Shown here: positions 41,304 through 55,084 of the stretch, in pieces
How positions within the stretch are numbered: the first letter of the stretch is position 1
Layout of the letters: the number at the start of each line of letters is the position of its first letter
The notes under the pieces: generated by a model
Databases searched by the model: none
What the model was told of the DNA's origin: nothing
Seen by the model: only the letters and a program-made list of their open reading frames with translations
Made by a program: the position numbers and the translations under genes
NCBI RefSeq assembly: GCF_009914755.1
Contig: NC_060925.1
Direction: 5' to 3' (one strand)
Length of the DNA stretch: 64,000 nt
DNA from: the human T2T-CHM13v2.0 reference genome, Homo sapiens

Positions 41304-44300
41304 CCAGGAAGAAAAGAGCAAGGGAGGTGACCAGGAATCCCTGCTCCAGAAAAACACAAAGAAAGGTCACGTCAGTCCGGTCTCATCCCCTCACCACGCC
41401 CAGCCTTAATTTCCAATTCTAATAAAATGTATGGAGTTCCAAGCCCCAGATGGCAAACCTCCACTTCACTCCACATTTTAAAGTAAACAAGTGAGTGCAA
41501 AGGAGGGTGGACTGGGTGGCAGAAGAACAGTGACAACCTCACTATGAGGTTGGATGCCAACTCTCACTGGACCAAATCTTGATCTTCTGGCTATGATATG
41601 GATGTCTATTAGTGTGGTTTTATAGTTTAACAGTGAACTAGATGTTCCCATTTTTACAGCTGAGAAAACTTGAAACTCAAAAAGAAGAGGCCACTAGCCC
41701 AAGGCTACATAAACTTATAAGCAGTAGAGTGGGGATTAAGCAATTGGGCTGCCTCAAAGTTCCATGCTTTTCATACTCTTATTAAGCTTGCTCGCCTCCA
41801 GCCCACAGCAACCTTGCAAGTATTTTGGTTATCGTGCAAGTATTTTGGCTAATTTAAGGAGCCAGAGGAAAAGTACATCAAGACACAAGAATAATAGAAG
41901 CATCAAGTATAGTAACTTCTTGTCTAAGACCATGTCACCAACAGCACCACCAACCTGGCTTTTGTAGTGAGGATCTACTTTGCAGGGAGGAATGAGCCAA
42001 GATGATTCAAGTAGGCCTGGTGGGGCCAAGAAAAAGAGGTACAGGGGACCCTCTATATTAGAAGCCATCTCTATCATCCTAATTACATATTTTACAGTAT
42101 CCGAATTGTAGAGAACCCTTAACAGGAACATACACCAGAGATAATTGGTAACCCCTCTACAGAAAAGGCCAACATGTGAATCATAGGGAGAAAATGACAT
42201 CAGATTCCTAAACCTTTTGTAGACGTCAGGATAACATTTCAAATTTAAAGGGCCCCCTGCCAAGACTGAGCAGTTGAGCCAAAAATAATTTATTTCTGCC
42301 ATCCATCACTCCTACAGCTTAGCTCCAGGCAGCCAAACAGTTTCTAGGTCGAGGATCTTGGACTGTAACTTTGAAGAGACTAGCTCTCTGCCTCAGCAGT
42401 CCCCAAACAGCAAGAACATGGCTGAGCAAGATGCCTCTTGCTTGGCTGGGAGCTCTTCCTGCCTCTGTGGAGGCCTTCTCTGAGGTGGCCCTGGTTCTAC
42501 AGAGCCTTTGGAATGGTAAGCTGGAGTTCCAGGCAGCGCAAGTTGGAAATTCCAGCTGGGTCAGCCTCACTAGAGAGCCCAAAGCAAGTCAATTAACCTC
42601 TTACTGTTCCAGTGTCCTCATGAGTGGAAGAAGGGTAAGGCTACTTAACCTTTCTCACAGGGAGGGTGTTAGAAGGAAACTAATGAAAAAGCACTTTGGA
42701 AAATACTGCAGAGAGTAACTGATGCTTTGAGTTTTACAAGCGTGTAATACACACATTTTTCCTCTTAAGTCCTGATGCCATTCTAGCACACCCCAAAGAC
42801 ACGCTAGCCCCTCTGTAATTTTGGCAGACTCATCACCATATTAGACTCTTTCTGAGAGACGATGATGCGCTCCCTCAATTGGAACATCAAGCCCTCTCCT
42901 TTAATGTCTTCGGATATGGCTGTGTCTGAGGTTGGTCAGTCAACAGGTCCTGAAATGCGGTTGAATTCCTTTAGAACGTATACTGTTTAAAGCACCAAGT
43001 TTCCAACATTTGGAGATTTCTTGTCTAAGACAGTAGGAGAAAAATCTCATTAAAGCTGTAAACCTTTTAAGAGGTATACTCCATGACTACTGACCCCAAA
43101 TCACTTCTGCCCATCACTCTTGCCTCTTTGGAGCTCAGACGCAATGGACAAATACATCCCTTGAGTCTGCATATATAATACACCTGAAAGTGGCTAGGCA
43201 AGAGTAGTGTCATTAAACATGACCTATTGATTTGCTAGTAGTGGAAAACAGTGCAGGCGTTGGCGGGGCGGGGGGCGGGGGGAGTTAAGAGGGGATTAAT
43301 CAATGGTTTCTACCAATCTTGAGACCAGCAGGAGGGTTCTGTGTCAATAAAGTCAAATAAGCATGTCATCAGAATCTCATAAAACTAAAATAGCAGAGGT
43401 ACAGTGCCCAGCATGGCATAAAAGGGATTGCAGCACTCCATCCTGAAGGACAGGATTTAGGAGTCCGATCTGGGAAACAGGGAGCAGGGCTTCCCCTCTA
43501 AGCCCTTTTATGGACAGGCTTCTTATGGGGCACCTCAGACATAGCAATAATGGAACAACAGAACTTTCTGATTTGTGATTTATTGGGAACCGAGACATCA
43601 GATATTAAACGTGGAAACATGGTTTTTCTAGATTTGAAGGCAGGGAGAGGGGAGAACCAGAGTGAGTTCCCCACTTAGGGCTGACGTATGAAAAGTTCAC
43701 AGTGCTGCCTCAGAATTAAGGCAGGTTCTGAGCTCCGAAGGGAGTAGTTCCTGATCCTTATTTTCATTTAGACTAGGGGAGGGAGGATTAGGTGTGCTCT
43801 GAAAAGAGCTTGAAGTTCCTGTCACCCAGATACCATTCATGGCACAACAACTACTCAAATTTGTTTTAAAATGCATTATGTTAGTGCAAAACTGGAAATC
43901 TGCATGCCCAGTAACACGGATTCAGTTCCATTCACGCCAGCACATCATGGGGTTTTAGGCAATTGTCAGGTGATGGAGAAGGTTATTTAGAAGTTAGGAA
44001 AGATGATCACGATGTAATTATATGAAAAGCAGCTGGTTTGAAAAATATTTCACTTTGGCTTATATGCATACTAACATGTATATTTACACATGTATACACA
44101 GATCAGAGAGGAAGACCAGAAGTTTATTAAAATACTAAACTTCTCAGTCACTTTGGGGGCTTTGCAGCTCTTAACTCATTTGATGTTAACCTAATAAAGT
44201 AGGATATTTCCAACTTCACAGATAGGAAACGGGCACAGAAGTGACTAGTCCAAAGTCATACAAATCATAAATTGCAGAGCAGGGATACATACCCTTGCAA

Positions 44301-44654
44301 GTCTAGCTCCCGTACACACATTCTTAACCAGAAGCTGGTATATAGTTTGAGACTTGTCCTCTTTGTACATCTGTATTTTCTACATAAACAGGTATTTTTT
44401 AATCAGAAAAATAACTTTGTTTTTAACATGATAGAAGATGTTAAACCTGCAATTACTCTAGAAGTAATAAAAAGGAAGACAAGGGCAAGAGTTGTGATAA
44501 CCTCAATCTAGAAAACTTAATATTCAAAAACACCAGACACCATGGTATAAAGTGTCAGATATTCAGGCATATTTTGTTCCAGCTCCTTTCCCATTCATTC
44601 TCAAAAACTAGCAACATGTTTTCTTAGGCAAGGCTGGAGCTGGATATCCAGTGG

Positions 44655-44890
44655 GCAGCAGGGCAGTGTGATCACTTTGTGGCCAGACTGACCTGGGTTT
44701 GAATCCTCTGCTCTTTGCCAGCCACTTTACCTTGTACAAGTTTCTTAGCCTTGCTGAATCTCAGATTCTGCATCCATAAGAACAAGGATGCTGCCTCCTA
44801 CCTTGCAGGGTTGTTTCTCGAGCCACAAAAATTAATGTTTGTAAAAGCTGCTGGCATGTTAGAGACACAATAAATGGTAGTTATTACTAT
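44655..44890 (+). mobile_element. MIR
   Basis: GCCAGACTGACCTGGGTTTGAATCC...CCTTGTACAAGTTTCTTAGCC...CTCAG...CAATAAATGGTAGTTATTA. Confidence 0.8.
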
Positions 44891-45861
44891 GATGAAACTT
44901 CAGCCAACTTCTTAAGAAAATTATACACACCCCCATTCTAAATTGGGGGTCACCTATTCCCAGCTACGTTCATGGAGAATGGCCTTTGGCAAGTACAAAC
45001 AGCTTCCCCTAGCCTTGCTGCTAAAGGTTCTATTAATGAACAACTCACCATGTGGATACAAGAACCAGGGAGTGACTAGTTGCTGAAGGGAGCTAGGTAG
45101 AGGGAGAAAGGTTTAATTCCAAATTCAATTAGTTTTCAGCTGCTGATTGCCCATCCTGTAAACAGAGTATAGGTCTAAAGCTAAATAGGGTGTGGGTGCC
45201 TGGTTCAGTAAACCCTAACGTACACCATCTGTAAGGGAGCTCTCCTTCCCCCAATAAGAAGGAATAGAAGTTTAAGGGGGAAAAGCAATAGAGTGGTGGG
45301 CATACAAAACTAATTCTACATCTGGTTGTAATCACTGAGGGAGACAACTCTGGTTTTTGGCCAACACAACCATTGTGCTGTGTGACTTTAAGCATTTGCC
45401 CCCTTCGGGCTTCCGTTCCATGAGAAGGTTGGGTTTGAATGTTCCTGAGTCCTCTTCAAGCTTGTCATGTGACACACAGGTGAGTTGATCCAGGAAGGCA
45501 TCATTGTCAGTTTCATTAGACATTTCCAGCTCCAGCTTGTTAATCCACACAGCAAACTCTTAATCCCCAAACATTCCACCACCACCATCACAAAACCTTT
45601 TTCTTGGATGCAGATCACTTCAAGGTGGGATTGGGCAACTTCAACAAGACTGCTCAAATCCTGGTTTCTAGAACTTGTGATATTTTCATGTCTCTTTCCC
45701 CTACCCCAATTTCAAAAAAGTAAGGCCTATCACCCTATCACTGGGAAAATGCTCAAGAGCCTTCTAGACAAACTCAACCCCACTTGAAAGAAAGATCACT
45801 TTGAAGACACTGCTACAGAGCAGAGGTGAATGTGATAAAGTGTCTCTAAAAAGAGAAAAAG

Positions 45862-46082
45862 ACTCCAGCCTGGGCAACAGAGCAAGATCCCTTCTCTACA
45901 AAAACTTTTTACAAAATAGCTGGGTGTGGTGGCACATGTCTTTAGTCCCAGCTACTTGGGAGGCTGAGGCAGGAGGATCACTGGAGCCCAGGAGTTCCAG
46001 GCTGCAGTGAGCCAAGACTGACCCCACCTTCCCCCGCACTCCAGCCTGAGAAACAGGGCAAGACCCCATCTCAAAAAAAAAA
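45862..46082 (+). mobile_element. 5'-truncated AluJ
   Basis: CCAGCCTGGGCAACAGAGCAAGA...GGAGGATCACTGGAGCCCAGGAGTTCCAGGCTGCAGTGAG followed by an A tail. Confidence 0.85.
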
Positions 46083-46379
46083 GAGGAAGGGAGGGAATGA
46101 GGTGGGAAGATCGGGGAGGGTAACTGAAGCCAGTAGCAGAGCCAGAATTAGAATTTAAACCAAGTTTATTGGCACATTCGCCAAATCCCCCACTTTGGGG
46201 CTACCTGTGAAATCTATCCCTATTGAACAAGGTCCCCACCACTTTGTGGATTTAACCTAACTTCCTATGAAGAGGTTAGGGCAGAGGAGTGTACACAACT
46301 CCCCCACCAACCTGGATTTTACATAGAAACCAAGGCCAGAAATAGCACCAAGTCTCCCAGCCTCTAAAAGATAAAGCAG

Positions 46380-47170
46380 GGGCGCAGCTGCCGCCTCGCT
46401 GAGGCAGCCTTCTGCGCGGACCCCAAGCTGTCACGCGGCCCCTGGCGTGGATGGCACCGCGGAGGCGGTGTCTCCTTGGAGCGGACCTAAGCACCTTCCT
46501 ATGCACTGCAGCGGGTCCATCTCCTTTGACTCCAGTAACTGAGAGGTAAATCAGGGTGACCCGTTTGACGTGTAAAGAACACTGAGGCCAGGGAAGGTGA
46601 ACCCCAGGCGGCGTCTCTCTCAGGTAGAGACAGCAGGTGTTCCCCTCCGCTGGCTCCTAGAAGGGACAAATGGCCAAGCGCGTTAGGACTGGAAGAGGAA
46701 GGCCAGTTCCCAGCGAAGCAGCGCGGGCCGCACCTGGCAGCCCCGACCAGCAGGGACGGCCAGTTCCAGAGCAGATCACTCCCAGCCCCCGCTTGGGCCC
46801 CGCTTGGGCCCCGCCTGGGCCCCGCCAGCCCCCAGGGCAGAGGGCGGAGGAGTCATGTGCCGCGGCGGCCGCTGCCAGGTGGCGGGGAGCCAGGCCGGCA
46901 GGGCTGTCATGTCAGGGGAAGGAAGCGGCCCGGCGGGCGGCGGGCCAGGAGCGGCTCCCACTCGGGCCTCCAGACTGCAGCTCCTTTCCTGTCTCCCACT
47001 CATCTCGAGGGTCCCTTCCCTACCTCCTCAGAGGAACGCAGGGCCGGCCAGCAGCAGCTGGAGGCTTCCTCCCTCCTCTTCCCACGCCCCCCTGCCCACC
47101 ACTATTTCCCAAGGGAGCGCTTCCATAGCAGAGTCCAGGCGGGGACACCCGATTGGGTAGAGCGCTGGAA
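46380..47170. promoter_or_regulatory. Intronic CpG-rich island (candidate alternative promoter or enhancer)
   Basis: CpG-dense segment in an AT-rich intron; GC boxes (GGGCGG ~46842, ~46935) and three tandem GGGCCCCGC units at ~46795-46826. Confidence 0.75.
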
Positions 47171-48523
47171 AAACAATTTCAGCCTGCGGTTCAAAAGGCT
47201 GAACTCATGACCACAACTGGGGTCTAACCAGAGATTCCAGGGGGTTAATCATTTGTCCATCTTCAGCACCAACTGGGTAAAAAGTCAGCTAGCCTCTCGG
47301 GGGATATGACCATCAAGGTCCTGCCTCCTCACTGCTAAGTTTATGGTCAAAAGGAACCCAAAGGGCAAAGAAAGCCACCTCGCCATATTTGCAGGGGATG
47401 CCTCTACTGAGCAAGGGGTAAGCACCTTACACAGAATGTGTCCACAACCAAACGTGGCAGGCGAACTTCCCCTCAGCTGGCTTGGCCAGGCACAAACCCA
47501 GACTGCCCAACCCAAAATGCCAGCCACCCAAGTGGCAGACTGCTGCGTGAGGGTGAACATTAATTCCAGACAGGGACAGCCAAAAGATTACTGCACCTAA
47601 GTGTTGCCCGCTCTCCAGACAAGAGGAGCTAAAATAATATGGTTTCTGCCTTGTGGTTACTGCTTTTTTTACCTGGAGAGGGAAGCCCAAGGTGGAAAAA
47701 CAAAAAGGCTCAAAACCAAGGCAACAGAGAAACCAACCTACATCCCCATGGGTCAGCACCAGTTTGAGGCTCCTTCCAATCTCTGTGATCAGGAATAGCA
47801 CAAATGCCCTTGGGGTCAGACATTTCCTGTCCATCGGTTGGGCTAGGGCCCCTCAGTTTGGCTTGACAGCCTCAGCTTATCACAAATGCCAATCCTCCAC
47901 CACCACCCTATTCCTCCTGCACGAAATAAGAATTAGTGCAACGCAGACACAGATCCTAAGTGCCCTCAAAGTTAGACTATCTGCCCTCAGCTGAGAAGTC
48001 ACAAAAGCTACAGGTTTTCCCGTTGGCATTTACTATCCATATTTTACATTTAACTGATTAGAATCTTCCGCGACATAAATCAGGGTGATCCATTTTCCTG
48101 TATATTTTCCTTATATACAGGAAATCCTTCTGTTGATGGTTTTTTATTCCCTGTGCTCCACCACCACTACTGTTTTACACCCTCAGTTGTTTTGTTTAGT
48201 AAGAGAAACTTTGGGCAGCCCTCAGAATTATTATCTCTAGACACTTTCTCAGCAGCTGGCTCAAATGTTCCATGTTTGCATTTCAGGAAATCACAGACCT
48301 TGGAAATCCCTTCGTTTAACCTTCTTTTACAGAGATGAAACTAAGGCTAGAAAGGGAAAGTGACTGAAAGTCAGGTTTTACTAGAAGAGTTGTGGCCAGA
48401 CTCTCAATTTTGCGGATGGTGTCTCCAGTGATCTTTGCATCTCTTTAATATAAAACACATCTTCAAAAAATAGCCAGATAAATTGAGGACATATACTTGT
48501 CTTTTCTTTTTGTTTTTGCACAC

Positions 48524-48558
48524 TGATTAATCAGGGTCCTCCTAAGAGAACCAATAGG

Positions 48559-48601
<43 letters not shown>

Positions 48602-48940
48602 GAGAGAGAGAGAGAGAGAGATTGATTTATCATAAAGAACTGGCTCATGCCATTATGGGGTCTGGCAAGTCCAAAATCTGTAGGGTCAGCTGACAGGCTG
48701 GAGACCCAAGAGAGCAGATGCAGAAGATTCCTCTGAAGATCAGTCTGTTTGTTCTATTCAGGTTTCAGCTGATTGGATGAGGCCCACCCACATTATGGTG
48801 GGCAATGTACTCGAAGTCCACTGATTTATATGTTATCCTCATCTAAAAAACATACTCACAAAACACCCAGAATAATGTTTGACCACAAATCTTGGCATTC
48901 TGTGGCCCAGCCAAATTGACACATAAAATTAACCATCATA
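48524..48940 (-). mobile_element. MLT2 (ERVL) solo LTR containing a (GT)n(AG)n microsatellite at 48560-48620
   Basis: Ends in AAATTGACACATAAAATTAACCATCA (reverse of the MLT2 5' end); AGAACCAATAGGA precedes the microsatellite; near-TSD CACAC/CATAC. Confidence 0.85.
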
Positions 48941-49899
48941 CATACTGTAGCTTAAAGGTGTAGTCTGCAGTAATTGCATCATATTTACGCATTTAAACAT
49001 TTTTCATGAAAATCATTACTACATACAGATAGTTGAATAGAGTCTCAGGGTATATGTGCTATAGAGGATGGCAGGGAAAAATCAAGATTAATCTTAAAGA
49101 TCTACACAGCCACATGTGTGTGTTATCTGGATTGGGGTCCTAGTTGTGTAACACTCCTACAGCAGAAAGACATGCAATTTAATCATCTATTTCACTGAAG
49201 GACAAAAGAGAAAACAGGTTAAGACTGCACCAGGGGTTTATGTGAGCTATGTGAGTTGTTAACAGACAGCCTTGTTCTGGGAAAGTTGATGCTGGAATCC
49301 CATATTAACGTTGCCAGATGGGGCCAGGTGACCTCAGGAAGTCTTTTCCAACCCAGATGATTCTGTGATCATATTTCCACTGTAATGAATAGCCCTCAAG
49401 AGAATGCTTATCATAGCAAATAAGGAGAGAGGGGTGTTGGGGCCAAAGGACTTGAGGCACACATTCAATCACCCCAGCTTCCCACTGTATATTCAACAAC
49501 AACAAAACAACCGCTCTTCTAATTCTTTGCCCAAAATAACTGTTTGGTGTTGTTGATGAAGAATGGCTGGCGTGTTCCAGCCCAGTGCATTTCAGCAGTG
49601 GGTAAGTGACACCTCTCCCTATAATCTGCCAAGATATCTTCCAAAAAGAAAAAACAGGAATAAAAATGTAAAGAAGTCACCTGATGCCTGAATTTTCCTG
49701 CCTAATTAAGTGTTAACTTCCACAGCTAGTTTTCAGCATGAAGTAAAACATTTGCATACACTTAAAAACAGGTTTGAAATAATTACATACCTGTTACTCT
49801 TATTTCCTTAAAAATAACAGATTATCAGCAAAAACCAGATCATAGGAAAGAATGTAACACACATGATCCACTTTCTTCAATAACAATGCAACAGTGACA

Positions 49900-50350
49900 A
49901 AAATGGCAAAGAAAGGGGAAAGTAGAGAGACCTGTAGGTCAAAAAACATAAACAATATCAACCAACCCCAATATACTGACCTTATTTGAATGCCAACTCA
50001 AACTTACAAATTACAGAAACAAATTATAAGACAACGGAGGAACTGTGAATACTAATTAGATATTTGATATCAAGGAACTTCATTTTGTCAGGTGTTGGTA
50101 CTGAGATTAAGTGTACAAAGAGTTCTTATATCTTTAAGAGATATATAATGAAATATTTACAAGTGAAATGATATGTCTAGAATTTGCTTCAACATAACTC
50201 CCGGACAAAGGGGAAGGGGCTGGGGTACAGATGAAACAATATTGGTCATATATTGACCACTGTTGAAGCTGGATGGTGGTATATATAGGCTTATTACACT
50301 ACTTTATCTACTTTTATATATTTACTAGAAAGCTTATAAAAAGTTTTGAA
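49900..50350 (+). mobile_element. Old L1 (L1ME-like) 3'UTR fragment
   Basis: GAAATATTTACAAGTGAAATGATATGTCTAGAATTTGCTTCAA, GATGAAACAATATTGG, CTGTTGAAGCTGG. Confidence 0.7.
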
Positions 50351-53130
50351 ATGGATAATTATATTTTTTTCTGAAATTTTGGGTTATTTATGTTCATTTA
50401 AGTTTTGGCCAGAACATAATAAAATATCAGTGATTTCCATAAAAGGAATAGCCTGCTTTTATAAATCATGCCAGAACAAGAGTGGTTACAAGGCTTAATA
50501 CTGAACAGAGCTCATGGGAAGTGGGAGAAGGGGCAGTGGAGCAAAGATACTAATAGAAACTTAAGTTTGATGCTTTTTGCTCTTTTTAAAAATGAGATAA
50601 AGGAATAGCTGTTATGTTCAAAATAGAATCAGATTCTGTTTCCATTTTCATCTACTTTTATATTTCCAAACAACTAAAAAATGATCCTGCCCACCAGAAC
50701 TTGTTTATTTCCACCATTAATGCAGCAACTCTACACTCCAAACCAAGAAGGAATAAACTGGATTAGGGGTCCTAGTTGTGACAATTCTATTAGGGGAATG
50801 CTTTATCCCCAGGACAGACAAACTAATGAAAGGATGTGAGTGTCCAGTAGATTAAGTACATCAATTATTGGTCCTCCCTAGAATCACCTTCTAAGGGGAT
50901 GAAAAATGGAAGATCATGTACAGATGAAAAGGAAGATAACACAGTAGTGATTTATGAAAATGTGATCTCCATGAGATGAACTCTGACAGGAACAGTACTT
51001 TACTAGCCCAAACTGAGAACTTTTAAATTTAGATAGTGTTGTCAGACAGTGCTCAGAGAAACTCTGAGGATGCCAGTCAAATTGCTTCATATCACACTAC
51101 GAAGAGAGCAACTAGAAGATATTATGCTCCTACTTTACATGAGAACTGAAAGCTCACAGATATTTTCTGTTTCAGCCAATGGTGCACAGTAAATCTAGGA
51201 TGCACACACCCAGTCACAGGACACAGCTTTCCTCCAGGAAGTGATGCATCTATCTCAAGAAGGAGGCTTGCGTGTCTGGGACTCATTCATAACTTGAACA
51301 TCACGTTACTAAGTCATTCATCAGGTTCAGTCTGGGTTCCTTACCTTTAGTTCCTAGCATTTCCCAAAGAGAGCAACAGTACTACACAAACTTGCAAATA
51401 GAGTAATGGTATTTTTCTTGAGCATGAGTTCTTAGCCTGAGGGCCTTCAGAATCCGTGAACTCCCTGCAACCATACGGAAATGTGTCTGTAGACACTTTC
51501 TCCTGATGAGAAGGCCCATAGCTTTTTCTTGGACTCTGAAAGGATCCGTGGAACGAAAACAAAAACCCTGTTATAAACCACTATTACAAAGGACTCATGA
51601 TACATTTCCTTATCATAACAATTCAAAAATGATACAGAGTGGTTTTGGGTAAGGGGGATAAGAGCAGTTTCACCACTATATGCCACAAGATCTTTTGGCG
51701 TGCTGGTGGAAAAGAGAAGATAATGGCAGTAAGTCCAAAAGCAGGGAGTAGCACAGACAAAAATATCAGTAAATTTCAAACACATATGGAGAGCGAGGGA
51801 CCTAGCAAATGGAACCTGCCTGAGATCACCACTTTGGTGATCTCACCTAACACCCTATTTTACAGATGAGTCAGGCAATGGAGACCAAGAAAGGTTAAGT
51901 AAATTGCCCATGAACACACCAGTTAAGGGCAGACACGAGCCTAAATCACTGGCATATTAACCTTGGTTTCAATCTCCCCTTGCTACTCAATCCAACATAA
52001 CCTTTGGTGCTTGGCTAATTCACACTTGTGATTTGGGTCTCCCAGCATCATTAGTTCACCTGCTCTTCACTTCCTAGCCACTCACATTATGTGACAGGTG
52101 CACTAAGAGGGAGGGAAGTTGTTCCTCAAGACTGTAACACCCTGCCTCTCTTGGACGTATCTAATTTATAAGCTTGACCCCAGGTTTATGGCTCCTATCA
52201 GCTGCTTACTTGGGCAGTGAGTAAAATCACATTAATCAAACCATAACCTACCCAGTACACAAAATGCTTTGTTATTTAATCCTTCTCCTCTCAAAGGAAA
52301 AAGAATTACAATCTGGACAAAGTCATCAACTCTTTCCTAACAAATCTTCAAAGTGTTAGCAAAGTTATCTTGCCTGCAAAGAATAACATGCAAATACCCA
52401 GATAAAGAAGGGCATTCTGAGAGTTACACAAAACTGCAACATAGGGAGGCCTAGTTCATATTAACTGCACCATGGGATCAAGGACTCAGTTCATCCAATG
52501 TGACCCATTACTACAAATACAGTTTCTTAGCTCCAACCTGAGCTTTAACAGCTTTGCAGTCCCCATATGGGAAGTTGTATAGATGTGGGCCCGGTGGCAG
52601 GGACAGCACCACTCCAAGTACATTTTGCTGTAGAGAATGTATCCACAGATAATGAGCAAATCTCATAACTTGAATTCACAAAGGTGTCAAGTTGGTAGAG
52701 GATGGGGCCACCCTTCAGATTACTGGATTCCTTTTAGGTACAATCTCCCTTGCACCACATTCTCCCAACCCGCTCTGTCATATTCATGAGTTTAGTGCTC
52801 TGGCTTTAGTGACAACATTTCACTGAACTGCATTTTTCTTGTTTTCTTCCTGACTCCTGATAATTTTTTTCCTATTGTAGTTTCAGTTATTTTTCCTCTA
52901 GAAAAAAACATAGAAAATGTTCTTCAAACTTAACTTCATGTGATCCTCAGAAGTGATGGCTGACTTAACAGGTTTTGGATTCTCTGCTGTTTTTACTAGA
53001 GAAAAACAGAACATCTTGTTGGCTAGAAAAAAAAAGCAGTTGTTTGAATTAGCATTGAGTTAATGGAGTGTTAGAGTAAACACTGAATAATACTGAGTCC
53101 TTTGTATACTATTTGAAAAAAGTCATCGTC

Positions 53131-53210
53131 TGTGTGTGTGTATGTGTGAGAGAGAGAGAGAGAAAGAGACAGAGAGAGAGAGAGAGAAAAGAGAGAGAGA
53201 AAGGAGAGGG
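53131..53210. repeat. (GT)n(GA)n compound microsatellite
   Basis: Visible directly in the sequence. Confidence 0.9.
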
Positions 53211-54801
53211 GAAGACCATGAAGCCTCAATAGTACTGGTTATACCATTTAAAAAAATCTTTAAAGACATTTTTCTATTCAAACTATGAAACTCATTAAAA
53301 GGGGAGACTGCCTCATTCTGCAGTATCATTTTTAAATTACTAAAACCAATTATCAAACTATATTATATTTTCTCCTGCAATGCCATTTTTTGGCCAAATA
53401 AATCTTACAGGCTATTGGGAAAAGGAGGAATAAGTGCTAGTGAGCCCTAGTTAAAAACTTAACATCACCACCACACTCTCACAGTTTCCCAGTGAACTCG
53501 GGCTTCCAGATGGGACAACCTCAGCAGACAGTGTTAATTGCTAACATTTAGTTAGTGATCCAGACCCACATCAATTATCAGCTATGTATTTCTACCTTCC
53601 ACATGCCGTGGTCTCCTCTTCTGCTTTGATCTCACCATCAACACTGTAAAGTGCTTGGCATTTAATAGGAGTTCAGTAAATGGCCCAGAAATCTTGTTGA
53701 GACACTCTCCTTGGAAATTCTCTTTGCTTAGCACCCACAATATTGCACTGTCCTAGTCCTCCTCATACTTCACTGACCACCCTGTCTCCTCTTCTTAACT
53801 CCTAAAATAGGTCAGCCTTCAAGGGTCTTTTTTACATTTCTTCTCCCTCTCCCTCAACGGTTTTGCCTCTTCCTGTAGCTTTATACAGCTCTTCTATCCA
53901 AAGACCTCACAAATTTGAACCTCTCACCCAACCCCTGACCTGCACTCCAGATCCACATTTCTCATGATGCCCCAAGCATTACAACTGAGGAGGCTGAATG
54001 TCCCTTCCAGTCCTGAGGTGCTGTCCCGCATGTCCCATGTGACAAGGGACAGGAGGCAGCAGAAACAGGAAAAGCACATGCGAAGGAGTCAACAGCACGG
54101 GTTAAAGTAGAAGTCTGCCACTGACATATGGTGTGCCCCGGGACAGCTATTTCACCTCTTCGAGTCTTAGTTTAATCATCTACACAATAGGGGAAAACAA
54201 GCTACCTTGAAAGGATGCTATAAAGACTCAATGAATTTCCATTTGTATTGTATCTGGCCCATGTCAGATTTAAAAACAAGTATTAGTTCCTTTCTTGAAT
54301 CTTTGCTACAAATCAGCTCCTCCTGGCAGTGTCCATTTCTGTTAAAGCCGTCTTTGTTCTTACTCAGAAGCTCAAAACCATGGACTCAACTTTGACCCAT
54401 CCCTCACCCCTTTCAATCAAATCAGTTGCCATGTTCTTTTCACTTTTCTCTTTTTTTCAGTTGCCACTATCACTGCAGTACACACTCTTACTAGTTAACA
54501 TGCACCTACATGTCACTACTGCATCAATCTTAAAATGTTGTCACTTTATTATTCTGCTCAGAAACCCCTAAGTGACTTGGTCATATAAGCACAGACTCCA
54601 AGTCATTAACAATGTAGCCTAAGGCTCTCTTACCTCATCTTAACCTCTGTCCCCTAACCCCAGCCCAAAAGGGTTGCTTTAAATTCCCCAGAAGGCACCC
54701 TGTTTTCCCTTCCTGAGATGCTTTTCGTCCTCAAAGCATGGGTTACAGTCTGTCCTTTTCCGGAGGCAGCAGCACCTGTAATGGTTAAAAGCTCAGATTC
54801 T

Positions 54802-55084
54802 GGCCAGGCATAGTGGCTCACGCCTGTAATCCCAGCACTTTTGGGGGCCAAAGCCAGTGGATCGCTTAAGCTCGGGAGTGCAAGATCAGCCTGGGCAGCA
54901 GGGCAAAACCCTGTCTCTCCAAAAAAAAAAAAAAAAGCCAGAAGTGGTGGCATACACATGTAATCCCAGCCACTTGGAGGGCTGAGGTGGGAGGATTGCT
55001 TGTGCCCAGAAGGTATTCACACCACTGGACTTCAGCCTGGGTGACAGAGCAAGATCCTGTCTCAAAAAAACCAAAAACCAAACA
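54802..55084 (+). mobile_element. AluJ inserted into a MIR (~54770-55240)
   Basis: GGCCAGGCATAGTGGCTCACGCC start; AGATTCTGG on both sides; MIR text (ATGGTTAAAAGCTCAGATTCTGG|AGCCA...TGAATCC) resumes after the Alu. Confidence 0.88.
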
